A stretch of 53,601 bases of DNA, filler included, from Porpidia crustulata (taxonomy: Eukaryota), in NCBI GenBank assembly GCA_964255105.1. It is 2 parts of 2 records of this genome, joined end to end, with 100 filler letters (N's around TTAATTAATTAA, not from the genome) between each part and the next. Parts side by side here need not be neighbours in the genome. Positions count along the whole stretch, not along the records: positions 26,994 to 53,601 come from CAXUWE010000036.1; 1 more part is not named here. One strand, 5' to 3'. Made by a program: the position numbers and the translations under genes. The stretch's first letter is position 1. The number at the start of each line of letters is the position of its first letter. The notes under the pieces are model-generated. The model was not told the DNA's origin. It ran no database searches and was given only the letters and a program-made list of their open reading frames with translations. Below, piece after piece: positions 37,307-50,531 of the stretch.

Positions 37307-38542
37307 ATGGCAACTGCGTCCCTCGATACCAGCAATCCCTCAATTGAGTCGTGGACTCAATCTTGCACGAACTTTTCTCAAGTCGACCTTGGGCCATCTC
37401 TACTCACCGGAGCTACTCGATTTAAACCTCTACAAGAAGTAAAAAGTATTTTGGTAAGCGGTGGCGCAGGTTTCATGTAAGCCTCCGTAAACCATTGATG
37501 TCTAATCCGCTAAAATACTGAAGTGGAAGCTGGATCACACGTCACCTGGCAATCACTTATTCAAACTGCTACAAGGTTGTGTGTTTTGATGCGCTTGATA
37601 CTATTGCTTCTTTGAAAAACATAGAAGGATTGCGTTCATACTCCAATTTCTCCTTTGTGAAAGGTGATATCACAAGTAAAGAGGACCTCAAGGCTGCCTT
37701 CCAAACTTTCGAGATTGACTGCATCCTACACTTCGCTGCGTCTAGTCACGTGCAGGACTCATTCGACAATCCCCTAGATTTCCATCACAACAACACCACA
37801 GCCACCCTTGTCGTCCTGGAAGCAATTCGCGAATACGGAAAGATCCAACGATTTATTCATGTCTCCACCGACGAGGTGTATGGCCAGACCGAAGGTGTAG
37901 CTGCTGAGGAAAGTCACGCTTTGAGACCTACAAACCCTTATTCCGCCAGCAAGGCCGCTGCGGAGATGTTGGTCACAGCGTATCGGACCAGCTTCGGAAT
38001 ACCAGCTATCATTGTCAGAAGCAACAATGTATACGGTCCTTGCCAATATCCAGAAAGTGAGACTATCCTCATTACCTTGTCTTACCAATGTTCTCTAACG
38101 ATCGGTAGAGATAATTCCACTTTTCACACAATGCGTCATGCAGGGCCGAAAACTTCAGATCCAGGGGCATGGACAGTACTCCAGATGCTATCTTTACGGT
38201 GCTGACGCGGCTGACGCGTTTGACACTGTTTTGCACAATGGTTGCATTGGATCTTGTTACAATGTTGGCTCATCCGATGAAGTGACAAACATCGACGTTG
38301 CTGTTAAGATACTGGACTCTTTCGGCCACGACGTCAAGAATAAATTAGATGAACATGTAGAGTGGGTCGAGGACAGACCATTCAACGACAGCGACTACAG
38401 TATTTGCGATGATAAGCTCAAGTCACTTGGCTGGGTTCAACGGACTGATTTCAACATTGGCCTGGCAATGACAGTCCAATGGTATCGAGAACATAGCCGC
38501 AACTGGTGGAAGCCTACTTCGAATCTAACGCAAGTCTCTTGA
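37307..38542 (+). CDS. NDP(UDP/dTDP)-glucose 4,6-dehydratase
   Basis: ILVSGGAGFI/GSW, FVKGDI, ILHFAASSHV, HVSTDEVYG, NPYSASKAA, RSNNVYGP, EDRPFNDSDY. Two GT-AG introns. Confidence 0.93.
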
Positions 38543-39233
38543 TTAAGCATTCAGCTATCATGGGCTTTCTTCAAACAAGTGTTGGATGGTTATCCAAAAT
38601 TTCCAATTGGTGGCAACACAAGTTTAGATTTATTTGATGCTAGATGTGGCTAGAATAGTCCAGTGGATAGAGTCAATCATTGTCCAGAAGTCTCTCGCGC
38701 AAATACCATCACTACATTCGTCCACTATATCCTCAAATATTCTTTGTCCTAAACACTCTTAAATCTTGAACGCCGTGGGTATTCCGTGATGAGTTCTCTG
38801 GAAATCGTTGTTGAGATTGTGTCACTTTGTTGAAGTTGCTGTTCGAAAATTTTCGAAAATCATTAGGTGGTGTCCCATCCACAATAGCAGCAAGCCTCTT
38901 ACACTGCTCCGACTTTGGCGAATAGTCGATGTTATTGCGAGGCTACATAGGTTGAAGCTTTCTTGAAGGAGTCACTGTCTGCGTTTTGGGCCTCGTGAGC
39001 GGATCAATGACTGACTGGGGTACTGGCCACATGGTCTTGCGTAGTTCATCTAGCAAATTCTTCGAAGGGAGATTCTACTTTTGATGATAGCGCATAGAAT
39101 CAGGGTTATTTACTATCAACCCGGAAACATGTAATGTTGTGCGATTTGTGGTTCAAACTTCCTATTTAATTGAAGATTCTTCTCTCATGCACTGTCTATA
39201 ACAAATTGTGACATCTGTCCTTGCATGTCTATC

Positions 39234-40355
<1,122 letters not shown>

Positions 40356-41214
40356 CGTGCTTGAAAACCAAAGAAAGGTAGGAATATGGATGAGGCTCAA
40401 GTGAGTGACGAATTTCTATAGGAGGATATAATACGCCTCTGTATGTTATGGTATCGTAAAAGAGTGAAATTACTCAACCAACCTCGCGTGCCTGGTGTGT
40501 TACTTCACGTATCGATATGCAAGGTAATCAAAGTGTGCCCTCTGTGCCCCTCATCTTTCAGAGGACGGTAGTTGGAAGATACGAGAGGTCAGCTGCGGAT
40601 GTATTTTTTCCGGCATATGTCGCATGCATGCAATTCCGCACCACCCCTGATTCATTTTTCACCAAGCGGATGTCGTCCCGTATGTGCAGAGAAAGTACAT
40701 TATCAACATTACTTCACTCCTGTGATCTTCATTGTGATGCATTCCGCCAACACAATGACTGAGTAGACAGATAGACGTCGTAATCGATTCAGGCGCTCCA
40801 TATAGAATCTTTGAAGGCCCATGGGCAGAAGAAAGATGTGGCATCATGCCTGATATTGACGATCCATGCCGCTGTTTGCAGCTTCTCTCATCCGATACTG
40901 TCCATCGAATCATTTTTCTGAAGAAATATCACGTGCTAGTTGACCTTTCTTCACCAATATCTGGTTCGACTAGACGGCTTGAGCTTGTTGACGAGACTCT
41001 ACGGCATGGAAAGCTCCAGACCTGCACGCGCAGTTTTCCGTCGCTACCCTGGAATCTTCATATGGAACGCCAGCTGATTGTGTGGGATTCGAAGCCTTGA
41101 GCCTAACCCAGCAAATAAGGCCGAGCATTCACCTACTGATATAAGACAATTTGTTCCGGTCTTCATTCAGGGTTCATAGAAGATATAATCAAACCATTCA
41201 GCTTGTATCCAGTC

Positions 41215-42531
41215 ATGTCGAACGCCGGAACACTCCTAGACATTCTTCAGTCAAAGAGTCAGGTTGGCTGTGAAAGTCTCGATATTGAAGGTATCTGTTA
41301 CTTGTGTCCTTTGTAGCAATGGCCTGAGCTTATCTTGTTTCAGTTGGTCAGAGATATAAAAATCTTGTCGATTGCACCTCTAATCAAGTGAGCGAAATTT
41401 TGATTACAACACAGAAGGCGTTATTGATGTTATAGACTATTATCTATACAGAGCTACAGAAACCTCAGCATGAGCAGCTCTTGAAGGATTCGATCGTAAC
41501 GTCGGGACAAATCTTTGAAAGTTTCAATGGGATCCTTCAAGATGAGCTTACTGCAGAGATTGCGGTACTTATAGTCCACAGTTCATCATAATTCTCCTGA
41601 AATTCGCGTTGCAGATAATGAGTTTATCACTTCAGATCGCGCCGCACATCACTGGACTCGTTCATGCACAGACAAATCCACGTTATGCGTACGATACCGA
41701 GGCTACAATCGCTAATGCCTTGCGTGAGCATCTATTATCCAGAGTTGACGAGCGAATACGCAACTAACGAGTGTTAGGTATCGTGGCTCTTTATAAAGTC
41801 TTTAGCACAAATTTTGATACTTCGCGCATCTGTGTGGAAGTACCAAGCACATTTGAAGGTCTTCAAGCGTGCAGAGTTCTAAGCAAGAGAGGGATCAAGA
41901 CAAAGGCTACGGTGATGTTCGCAATAGAGCAAGCAGTCCTAGCGGCTGATGCTGGATGTCACTACGTCGCACCCGATCTGGATGTCCCTAAATCGCAGAC
42001 TGATTCATCGTAAGCTATCATGCATCATTGGTCCGTTATCACTCGTGCCTCCCTTGTAGACCACTGACGGAAGCATGTGTTAGAAAGCATGACCCATGTC
42101 CGGAACTCGGTCTTTGCGTGTCAGCTCAAAGGTTCCTTGAATTCCATAGCTTGGACACCAAAGTGGTAGCCGCAAGCTTCAGCTCTACAACGGATGTGAT
42201 GAAGCTTGCCGGTATCCATCATATGTCACTACCGCCAAATCTTTTGGAGCAGCTCAGCGAATTACCCTCCACCACCCCGAAGCCAGAGTCTCTGCTACAA
42301 GAAGCTTGTGCTGATCCTTCTGCTGTCTCAGTAATGTTTCTTTATCGTCGAGAGGATTTTATGAAGGCAACTGAGTGGGGATATCATGAGTTGGTCAAGG
42401 CATGCTCTTCGTTCGTAGATGCCTCGGGCGTATCGCTAACGTGCTTCCAGGCAATTGATAGATTTTGCGATATGCAGAATAAACTTGAAAAGTTGATACA
42501 AAACAAACGAAATGGTTCAAGCGTTGAGTAG
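41215..42531 (+). CDS. Transaldolase/FSA family paralogue (copy 2) lacking the catalytic Lys; probable pseudo-enzyme
   Basis: Same exon layout as copy 1. LVDCTSNQ, LVHAQTNP, RICVEVPSTFEGLQAC (GAA at 41837-41839 in place of Lys), HYVAPDLDV, LAGIHHMSL, AIDRFCDMQNKLE. Confidence 0.88.
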
Positions 42532-44276
42532 CCATGCCAGATATATTACGACAGCGGAGTCACGCATGTTTCCTGAGTACGAGGGTTTTGTTTGGTAGGA
42601 ATTATCTATGTTACGAATTGGTACACATCAGTAATCTGCATAGCCTGTGATACAACGTCAGTAGGCTACCGGTATAAGACATCCTTGGATTTTTAAACGT
42701 CACCCCGGTTCCGATGAACACGCTCTCGGTATTACGTAGACCTACACCTGGTGTTACTCCTTTTGACCATAGAGACGGACCCTTTGATCGGGCGGTAGCA
42801 CTTCGGAGAGCTTTTGCACGTAACGTAACTTAATTACTCTAACGTCAACGCGATTTGCGGCACTAAACGTGCGTATGTAGAGAGCTCTCTAATTCAGAAA
42901 ACACATCTTCGAGCACATCAACAGCTTTACATTCGTGAATTGTTACCCCAGCTAATCGACTGCCAAAAGATGTGCTGGCGAGGATCCGAGAATCGAACTG
43001 TACCCCATTTCACAAACCAAATAATGCATTGGGGGGTTTCATGACCTCACTTAATCTTGCAGGCAGAACAGACCGATGCCTGAGCGTACCCTGAAAGCGA
43101 CTTCTGATCGCAGCAGCACACATACAGTTTCTCCTGCCCAAAGACTTGGATCGAAAGGTAGGGGATCGTCTATTGAAAGGATGAACCATGGCGAATTAGC
43201 CTGATGGCAAATGTCCAAAAAGATCTTTGAAGAGGCAAAGAGCGCAGATGTTTCTCATGCGGGCCAGTGAACTTGAAGAGAGAGAATGTCATCTCATGCC
43301 AAAGGCTGGTTCCGTTTTGCGAAGTATGCAGCGAGAGGCATCATTTCTACGCGCTGATCGAAAAGAAGGCAACATTCCAGTTTCGTAGGTTTACCGTTCG
43401 AAGATGGGGCTATCAGACAAGGCTGTGTAACGCCGGATGCCACAGTTCCGACGTTATCGTCTTTTGCAGGTGCACTGCATATACGCACACGAAACAGACA
43501 ATACCGCCAACGTGGATTTCGAGACTAGTATATCTGCAGCTGCACAATCCTTGAGGGTTTGTATAAATGGAACGAGCTTCAGCCTATTAGTGCACCCCTC
43601 CTCCATTACCCGTTGTGCCGTCTTGATTCGAAAAATCAATCGTCTAATTTTCTACCGGATCATTGCCGTCAATGGATGAGCATCGCAGCTTCAAGAAGCT
43701 GCATCGAAATCAGATACGCAATCAAGGGGCAGCTGGACCAAGCCACGCGATTGGTGTGACCCGATAATCAGTGCATGTCTGATGTTCTCCATTCTAATAT
43801 TCGCCTTCTCGGGCTAGAATTTGAGCGTGGAAAGTCATGGTCCTCTACATATTATCTTACAATCACAGTGGGGAAACGGAGGCGCTGCACGTAATTGGTC
43901 CCGGAAGACCTTCCCAAGAAGGCAAGGTTGTTTGATGATGAAATTTTGGTGCGACCATACCCCAATGACGTCCTCGAACTCTCTATTTCCATCTTCACTT
44001 TCGCGCATTCCTAAACCCGGACTCCAATCGCTCGGGTAAAGATCGTCCTTGCGCTTTATGTGTCATGACCTCCTCCCTATTTGAATTCGCAGTTGGCGGT
44101 CAGGGATGTTTAAACCCACATATTTCATCAATCTCATACAAGTGGGGAGGTGAGACGTCTCAGTCCCTCTTTAGGATGGCAAGCGATAAGTCGGTTGGGG
44201 AGTAGATGTTGAAAACAACATGTCCAGGGACTATAACTTACTCTCTATTGCAGGTGCTTCTAGCAATAGTCCAAAG

Positions 44277-46418
44277 ATGGCAGAAGAGACCTTGAGGTCG
44301 AGTAAGCCATCAAAATCAGCGACTTTTACTACAAATTACTACACCTTCCAAATGGCCACTTTTGCGGGTATCGGTATGTTCGGCTTTTTGTGCTCTCTAT
44401 CTGTCGGGTTATAAGTTTGACGTAGTGTAGGTGGCTTCCTATATGGATATAATACGGGTCTCTTTAGTGGAGTGCTAGCTATGGACAGCTTCAAGAGCCA
44501 GATGGGCGAATGGGACAGCGATCAGACCAAGAAAGCTTGGTTGACGTCTATTCTACCGCTTGCAGCTTGGTTCGGATCTCTATATTCTGGCTTTTTCGCA
44601 GAAATAATATCACGGAGGTACACGATATTGATTCACACTGCCTTGTTTTGTCTGGGAGTTCTGGTTCAATGCCTAGGAGCTACAGCGTCTGGTCCATCCG
44701 CAATTCTTGGTGGTCGCTTCATAGCAGGCTTGGGTCTTGGGGCTCTTCTGGGGGTCGTGCCTCTCTATGTTTCGGAGTGCGCTCCTGCTAAAGTCCGAGG
44801 TTTCCTTGTTAGCTTCCAAGAATTGGCTATCGTGTCTGGGGTTCTTCTGGGATATTGGGTTGACTTTGGCATCAACTATATCAAAAATCCCGGTTCCAAA
44901 CAGAGTAAAGCAGCGTGGTTGATTCCAATCTCTCTCCAATTTGTTCCGGGTCTTATTCTCTTGGTCGGTACTATCTCGATGGTAAATTTATATTCACTCT
45001 CCACGCCCTGTTCTTTGAATAACCCTCGTTGCAGCCTTTTTCTCCGCGCTGGTTAGTTCATCATAATCGCGAAGCCGAAGCACGCCATGTATTAAGAAAA
45101 CTGCGTGGAGACTCTGTGAAGGACGAAGCGATTGAGATCGAGTACCTTGAAATTCAAGCCAAATCAATCTTTGAAAAGCGAACACTAGCCGAGAACTTTT
45201 CCGGATTGAACAAGCTTACTCCGTGGAACACTTTTAAATCGTGCGTCAAAACTATATCTTACACGGTATTTACTAAGAGCCTTAGACAGTGGGTCGCTAT
45301 TGGCTCGCTATTCCAAAGCAAAGCAATGTTCCGTAGAGTCTTAGTGTCCTCATTGTAAGTCAAGCGTATCCTAGAAGTCATTATTTGAATTCTGCTAAAC
45401 CATTATAATTAGAATAATGTTCTTCTCACAATGGACCGGTATTAATGGAGTGTTGTGAGTACATCTCTGGTCAACACCTTCCTCTATCATCCAAGTCATG
45501 TCTGTTGTTTTCAGAAGTTGAGTCTTCTCAACTTAGATATTTCGCCCCACAGATCTTTTCAGGTCTCGGTATCGACTCGAACACTACAAGTCTCCTAGCC
45601 TCAGGGGTTGTAGGTATCGTGATGTTCGTTGCAACGATTCCCACGATTCTGTATTTGGACAAATTTGGGCGCAAACCAGTCATGTTCTTCGGGGCAATTG
45701 GCATGGGTTTATGCCAGTTAACAGTTGCTGTTATCCTTGCCAAGAATGAAAAGCAGTGGTCGACACACAGACCTGCTGGTTGGGCTGCAATCGCCATAGG
45801 TACGTAGATATTACACACTTCTTTTAGGCTATGTCTAATCTCTGTTGACAAAGTCTGGCTATTCATCGGCATATATGCGCTATCCTGGGGCCCTTGTCAA
45901 TGGGTTGTTATTTCGGAAATTTGGCCACTCAGCGCACGTCCGTACGGAATTGCATTTGCAGTCTCAGCGAATTGGTTCAACAATTTTGCCGTAGGGCAGA
46001 CTACACCCCCAATGTTCGAGAAGTTGGGGTGGAGTAAGTGCACCAACTTTTTGATGCCTCATCATCGATTTGAGATGATGCTCACTAACACAAGTTACTC
46101 TTGCGCTTAGTCACCTTTGTCATTTTCGGTGTTACAACCTTTTTGGTAGGCGATTCCTTCCCTACCTTGATTTAGGATGCTGAAGTTCTCCAGGGAGCTG
46201 GTTTTGTATGGTTACTCGTCCCGGAAACCAATGGCCTTCGCCTCGAAGAAACAGATGTTCTTTTCGGCAGCCATGGAATTGTCGCTGCCGATCAGGAACG
46301 GATGAAGGCGATCGAAATCGAGATTGGTCTCGCGGAACTACCTCGAGCATCTAATAGTGAAAACAAAACCAAAGAGAACAATGAGTCCAGCCATACTGAA
46401 CTACCTGTTGGTATTTAG
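44277..46418 (+). CDS. MFS sugar porter (monosaccharide/polyol transporter)
   Basis: GGFLYGYNTG, AEIISRRY, LGGRFIAG, PLYVSECAP, PFSPRWL, FFSQWTGIN, DKFGRKP, SWGP..SEIWP, PET. The start codon is uncertain. Confidence 0.93.
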
Positions 46419-46731
46419 GCAGCTCGTCTTGTGATTCGAGGCTTCAGCTTTGTTTAACCGCCGCGTATAACCATTCTGACTGTATCGTCTGCGAGATAAT
46501 GATAAAGTTGAAAGATGCTTCCGTTAAAAGCTTAGTCAGCCTAGCAGTATTTAGCCTGCTCGCTTCGTAGATTTAAATTTCATTCTACTTTTACTTACTG
46601 ATCGTGATCTTAAATTTATTAATATGACGATTATGTCGCGATCTTAAGCAATTTAAAAGTGTATAAACTTTGTTTTTTAAATAATGAAGTCTGCTGGATA
46701 CGTCTAGAGACGACCCGTCTTCAGGACAATA

Positions 46732-46890
46732 TTTTTGGTGTAATCCACCACTTCTGGTGTGGACCACGCTTCGTGGGGTGGACCATTTTTGGTGTGCACC
46801 ACGCCTCGTGGGGTACACCACTTTTGGGGTATACCACTGCTGGTGGGTTGGACCACGCCTCGTGGGGTGGACCATATTTGGTGTGCACCA
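46732..46890. repeat. Degenerate tandem array of about 9 palindromic 15-19 bp units (TGG(T/G)GT..ACCA)
   Basis: Units include tttttggtgtgcacca, cgcctcgtggggtggacca, cttttggggtatacca. An AT-rich tract precedes it (~46570-46690). Confidence 0.85.
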
Positions 46891-47759
46891 CTGCTCGCGC
46901 GTACACTACATGAGTCCACCCATTTTCTTGCTGTTGCAACACCTTCAGTCATCCTTCCGCACCAGCATCCATTTCTCGCTTCCAACATCCACTTCCGGCT
47001 GAACAGCCAATGGCTTTTCAGAAGTAGAATCAATGGGGCTTTAACTTTGCTTGCCAGATTCTAGCGAACAATTCTGTAAATTTATTTATATCAAGATTTT
47101 ACGTTTGAGCAAGACCGAGGACATCGCTACTGTTTCAAAGCTGCATTCACTCTAGCTCTGACCTCCTCACTCCTCCCCTTACCCTTGTTCACTGACATTG
47201 ACATCTTCAGTTGAGCAAATGAAGATTTCTTTCGTTGGTCACAAGCTAGGAGGCTAATGCGGTCCCGTGTAGACGATAATAGAGTATGTGGCTGGTATGC
47301 GAAGTGGACGCAGATACGCCTGATGGGTGCACCTGTCGATTAGGGTACCATAGCGGAAGGAAAAATTTGTTGGCCTGTCAAATGGTGTCTACGGCCACAC
47401 GGCCAAATGGGACAGTCTCATTTGCTAGCTCTGTAGAGCTCCAAAAAAGAATGGAAAAATAAAGGGTATGTTAGACCGCAAAAGCCATGAACTATGAGAC
47501 CAATGAGGGAGTACATGGTGATGGCTTATCGGCTATCAGAGACAGGGTGGTACTGGATGATCGCAGAAGACAAAGCACTCACAGCAGCGAGAATTTAGGA
47601 GCATTCACATCCAAAAGCGCAGTGAGAGGGCCCGTAGTAGACCAGAAAGGGATGCTGTCATGAGGCATCCAAGAAGTGACGTTCCCTATGCACCATAAAG
47701 GGGAACGAAAACCCAACTTTTTCCGGGATAAGTCACTTTCTGGACAAGCTGGAACCAGA

Positions 47760-48626
47760 ATGAAAACTTCCTGTCAGATCACTTTCCTAATGCTTGCGGC
47801 TCTGGTAGCTGCAACTCCATTCAACTGTCCACCGGCCCCTACCGTGACAGTAAATCTTGGGAACACCGGTTCAACCTTAGCTTTGAGTGCCGTTCCAGTC
47901 ACGAGTGCTCCGGAAACTGGGAGTACTATACTTACGAATGGATTAGGCGATTACATGACGATCGCGATGACCAATGCGCATGGCATTCAATTATCTCTGT
48001 CCTTTGGTTCAAATGCTGGTGGCCCGTCTCCGGTAGGTAATCCTTCAGCCACCATGCTTCCTGACAATGCCTTCACTCAGTATACTTTTCCAACTGGATG
48101 GGCAGGAAGGGTATATGTAGGCCCAAACCTCAACCCCGACGGCAGCAAGATTGAAGGCAGCTATACGGGCCCACCTGATATCGATGTTAGCTATGTGGAT
48201 GGCTATACTGTGCCTATAACATGCTCTTCCGAGGGCACAGCAGTGTCCGGTTGCAACGTTGATCTATTCAAGCAGTCAAGTACCCCATGTACCAATCAAG
48301 TCGATGGTCCTGTCTGCTTGAACTCCGCTCAGAATGTTGCCAATGGACCTGCTCCACCATTTTTCGCAGCCTGTGAGGGGGCAGCCTACACCTATCCGAA
48401 CGACAATGATGCCAATGTTAGTAATCTCAAGAGTACCTTGATTTCTTGCTGCATTGGTGGGTCATGTCAAGCACCCTCACGGCAACCTAAACGAAATAAC
48501 ACACAAAATATTGAACGTATGCGAGTTAGAGGCATACAACCAAATCTCCTAGAAAAAACCGCTACCACACCTTTACTGCTTCCATTTTCGCGCAAGTTTC
48601 GGCACCGTCATTACTCGCCGCGATAA
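47760..48626 (+). CDS. Secreted thaumatin-like (PR-5) protein
   Basis: Signal peptide MKTSCQITFLMLAALVAA, FPTGWAGRV, DVSYVDGYTVPITC, FFAACEGAAYTYPND, CCIG. Intronless. Confidence 0.88.
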   Translation: MKTSCQITFLMLAALVAATPFNCPPAPTVTVNLGNTGSTLALSAVPVTSAPETGSTILTNGLGDYMTIAMTNAHGIQLSLSFGSNAGGPSPVGNPSATMLPDNAFTQYTFPTGWAGRVYVGPNLNPDGSKIEGSYTGPPDIDVSYVDGYTVPITCSSEGTAVSGCNVDLFKQSSTPCTNQVDGPVCLNSAQNVANGPAPPFFAACEGAAYTYPNDNDANVSNLKSTLISCCIGGSCQAPSRQPKRNNTQNIERMRVRGIQPNLLEKTATTPLLLPFSRKFRHRHYSPR

Positions 48627-50531
48627 CGTATCCTCGAATAGGTCAGCGATTCAAGATGGTTTTACGCAGCGCATATTAGCAGCTTCTAAGATTCCGGCGA
48701 TGAATGCCCCCTGCATGGATTATATTGGCGTGAGGAATAGCTGGTTTATCGTGACCAATGGAAATATACGGTCTGCTTATGGCTTAGATAGAACTTCGAT
48801 TGAATACATTGATGGCCATCGCATTACTTGTAATGTGATGAGGAATCCTTCTAAATACGTCGCTTGCCAGGGACCGATCTGTTATAACATTACCAATCTC
48901 TGTAGCCATTCTAATCGAGTGTTTCTGGTGACAAGTCTCCAAGCTTACTCTGTATAATTATATCTATCCAGAGGCATATCGGGGCTGGAGGCTCACGAGC
49001 TTTTACTTTCGATTTAAGACGGTTTCCAAGAAGTCGAGAGAAAATCTCGCCGAATCAATGAAGGTAAGCTGAGATTCATCTCCTTGGATCTCCAACATGA
49101 GCAGAGCCACTGTAGATAGCGGTATCAGAAACGGTCTTAAATTCAGAGCAGTTATATCAGGATGCCAACAGAATCTGTAACTGTCTTTATCGGGCATACA
49201 CGATAACGTCCGGGCTCAGAAGCTCGTTCTGGCGAGTGACGTTCCAGAGTCTGGATACTAGAACAACGGAGAAAGACAAACTGTCAGTGGCCAATCAACT
49301 CGTGAAAAATGATCTAGAGTATGGTTTGACGTGTGTCGAGGCTGGGGGCTAAGAGGGTTTCGCTGTTACAAATCCACCGGCCGCCCTGTCGTGCTTGATT
49401 AGCTCTTTCGCCTCTGCTCTGTTGAGCGGATCAGAGACTTATCCAGGTCTCCGAGAAGCGCTATACTTGTTTAGTCTTCTACAGGAAGGCAGCACAGGCA
49501 AAGTGGAGTTCGGGGTACTGAACCGTCCTTGACGCTCTGCGAGATCTCACACCCCTGATGCAATGCCACTGGGAAAACACACCTGAGAAGGCAGCAGATC
49601 AACGCCGAGTCATATTATAGGTGTATGGAAATCCTTGGTGGGATCGACAGAAGTACGAACGGGGTGGACCGGCAACCGGATTTGGACGACCTTGCAGTCT
49701 GCAGGTGAGAGGGGGTGGTGCGGGCTTGAACACTGGAAAACGGCCCAATATTTGTCCGCGGTAAGATATTGTCATTGCTATCAAAGTGCAGAATTATTTA
49801 TATTCTGCATAAAATCTGTAACAGTTTCCTTAGCAGTAAACTGTCCAACATCAGCATATTCATCACATATCAATGTCTGGGCAGGAGTCGTAAAAGGGAC
49901 ACAAAGGCAGCTAAGCTTAACATAATCTGAGCAAGCGCTTTCCCAGGACAAAGGTCATGAACCAGCCTCCAATATAGTTGATGGCCATCTTCTGATGTCC
50001 CAGTCAGAGCTCCATACAAGAAGCAAAAGAATGTCGTTCTCAGGATGATTCAGATACGGAAGTATGCGCACTGCGTTCGTAAGCGTTGATATTGTGAGCC
50101 TCTGAGATTTGATCACTGACCGAAACACTTGAACGTCTCCCACTTGTCGACATTCAAACCAAATTAAGGAGCACAGTAGAACTGCCTGGCTAAAGACCCA
50201 AAGGAACTTTCCAAACAGAGTGCTGGCAATGATAATCCTAGCTACAGGTTCTACCTTGAATAATCAGCTTAGGTACTCAACTGCTACATTTGCTGGGAAG
50301 CTTACCAAACCTCGCACTTTCATCCTTCACTCTCAAATCCTAACGTTCTACCACCCATCTTTCAACATCAAAAGCTCTGTACCAGCTTCTATTACCCGCC
50401 TCAAAGGCCGCATTACCGGTTGGTGAAATCAGGCAAAACACTGTCATCACTCTGCCAAATTTTGCGAGAATTTGAGCTTCGGAGGCCAGTGTCCTTACAT
50501 CCACGTAGCGAACATCAGGCTCCGCGAGTAA

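Noticed and set aside
42550..44200. Short ORFs between aldolase copy 2 and the transporter (also 31300-32500 and 48700-50450)
   Set aside because: No recognisable motifs or coherent exon structure could be built by eye.
46591..47064. Several overlapping ORFs with TPRGV/HEAW repeats
   Set aside because: By-products of the GC-rich tandem array. Unit lengths are not consistently multiples of three.
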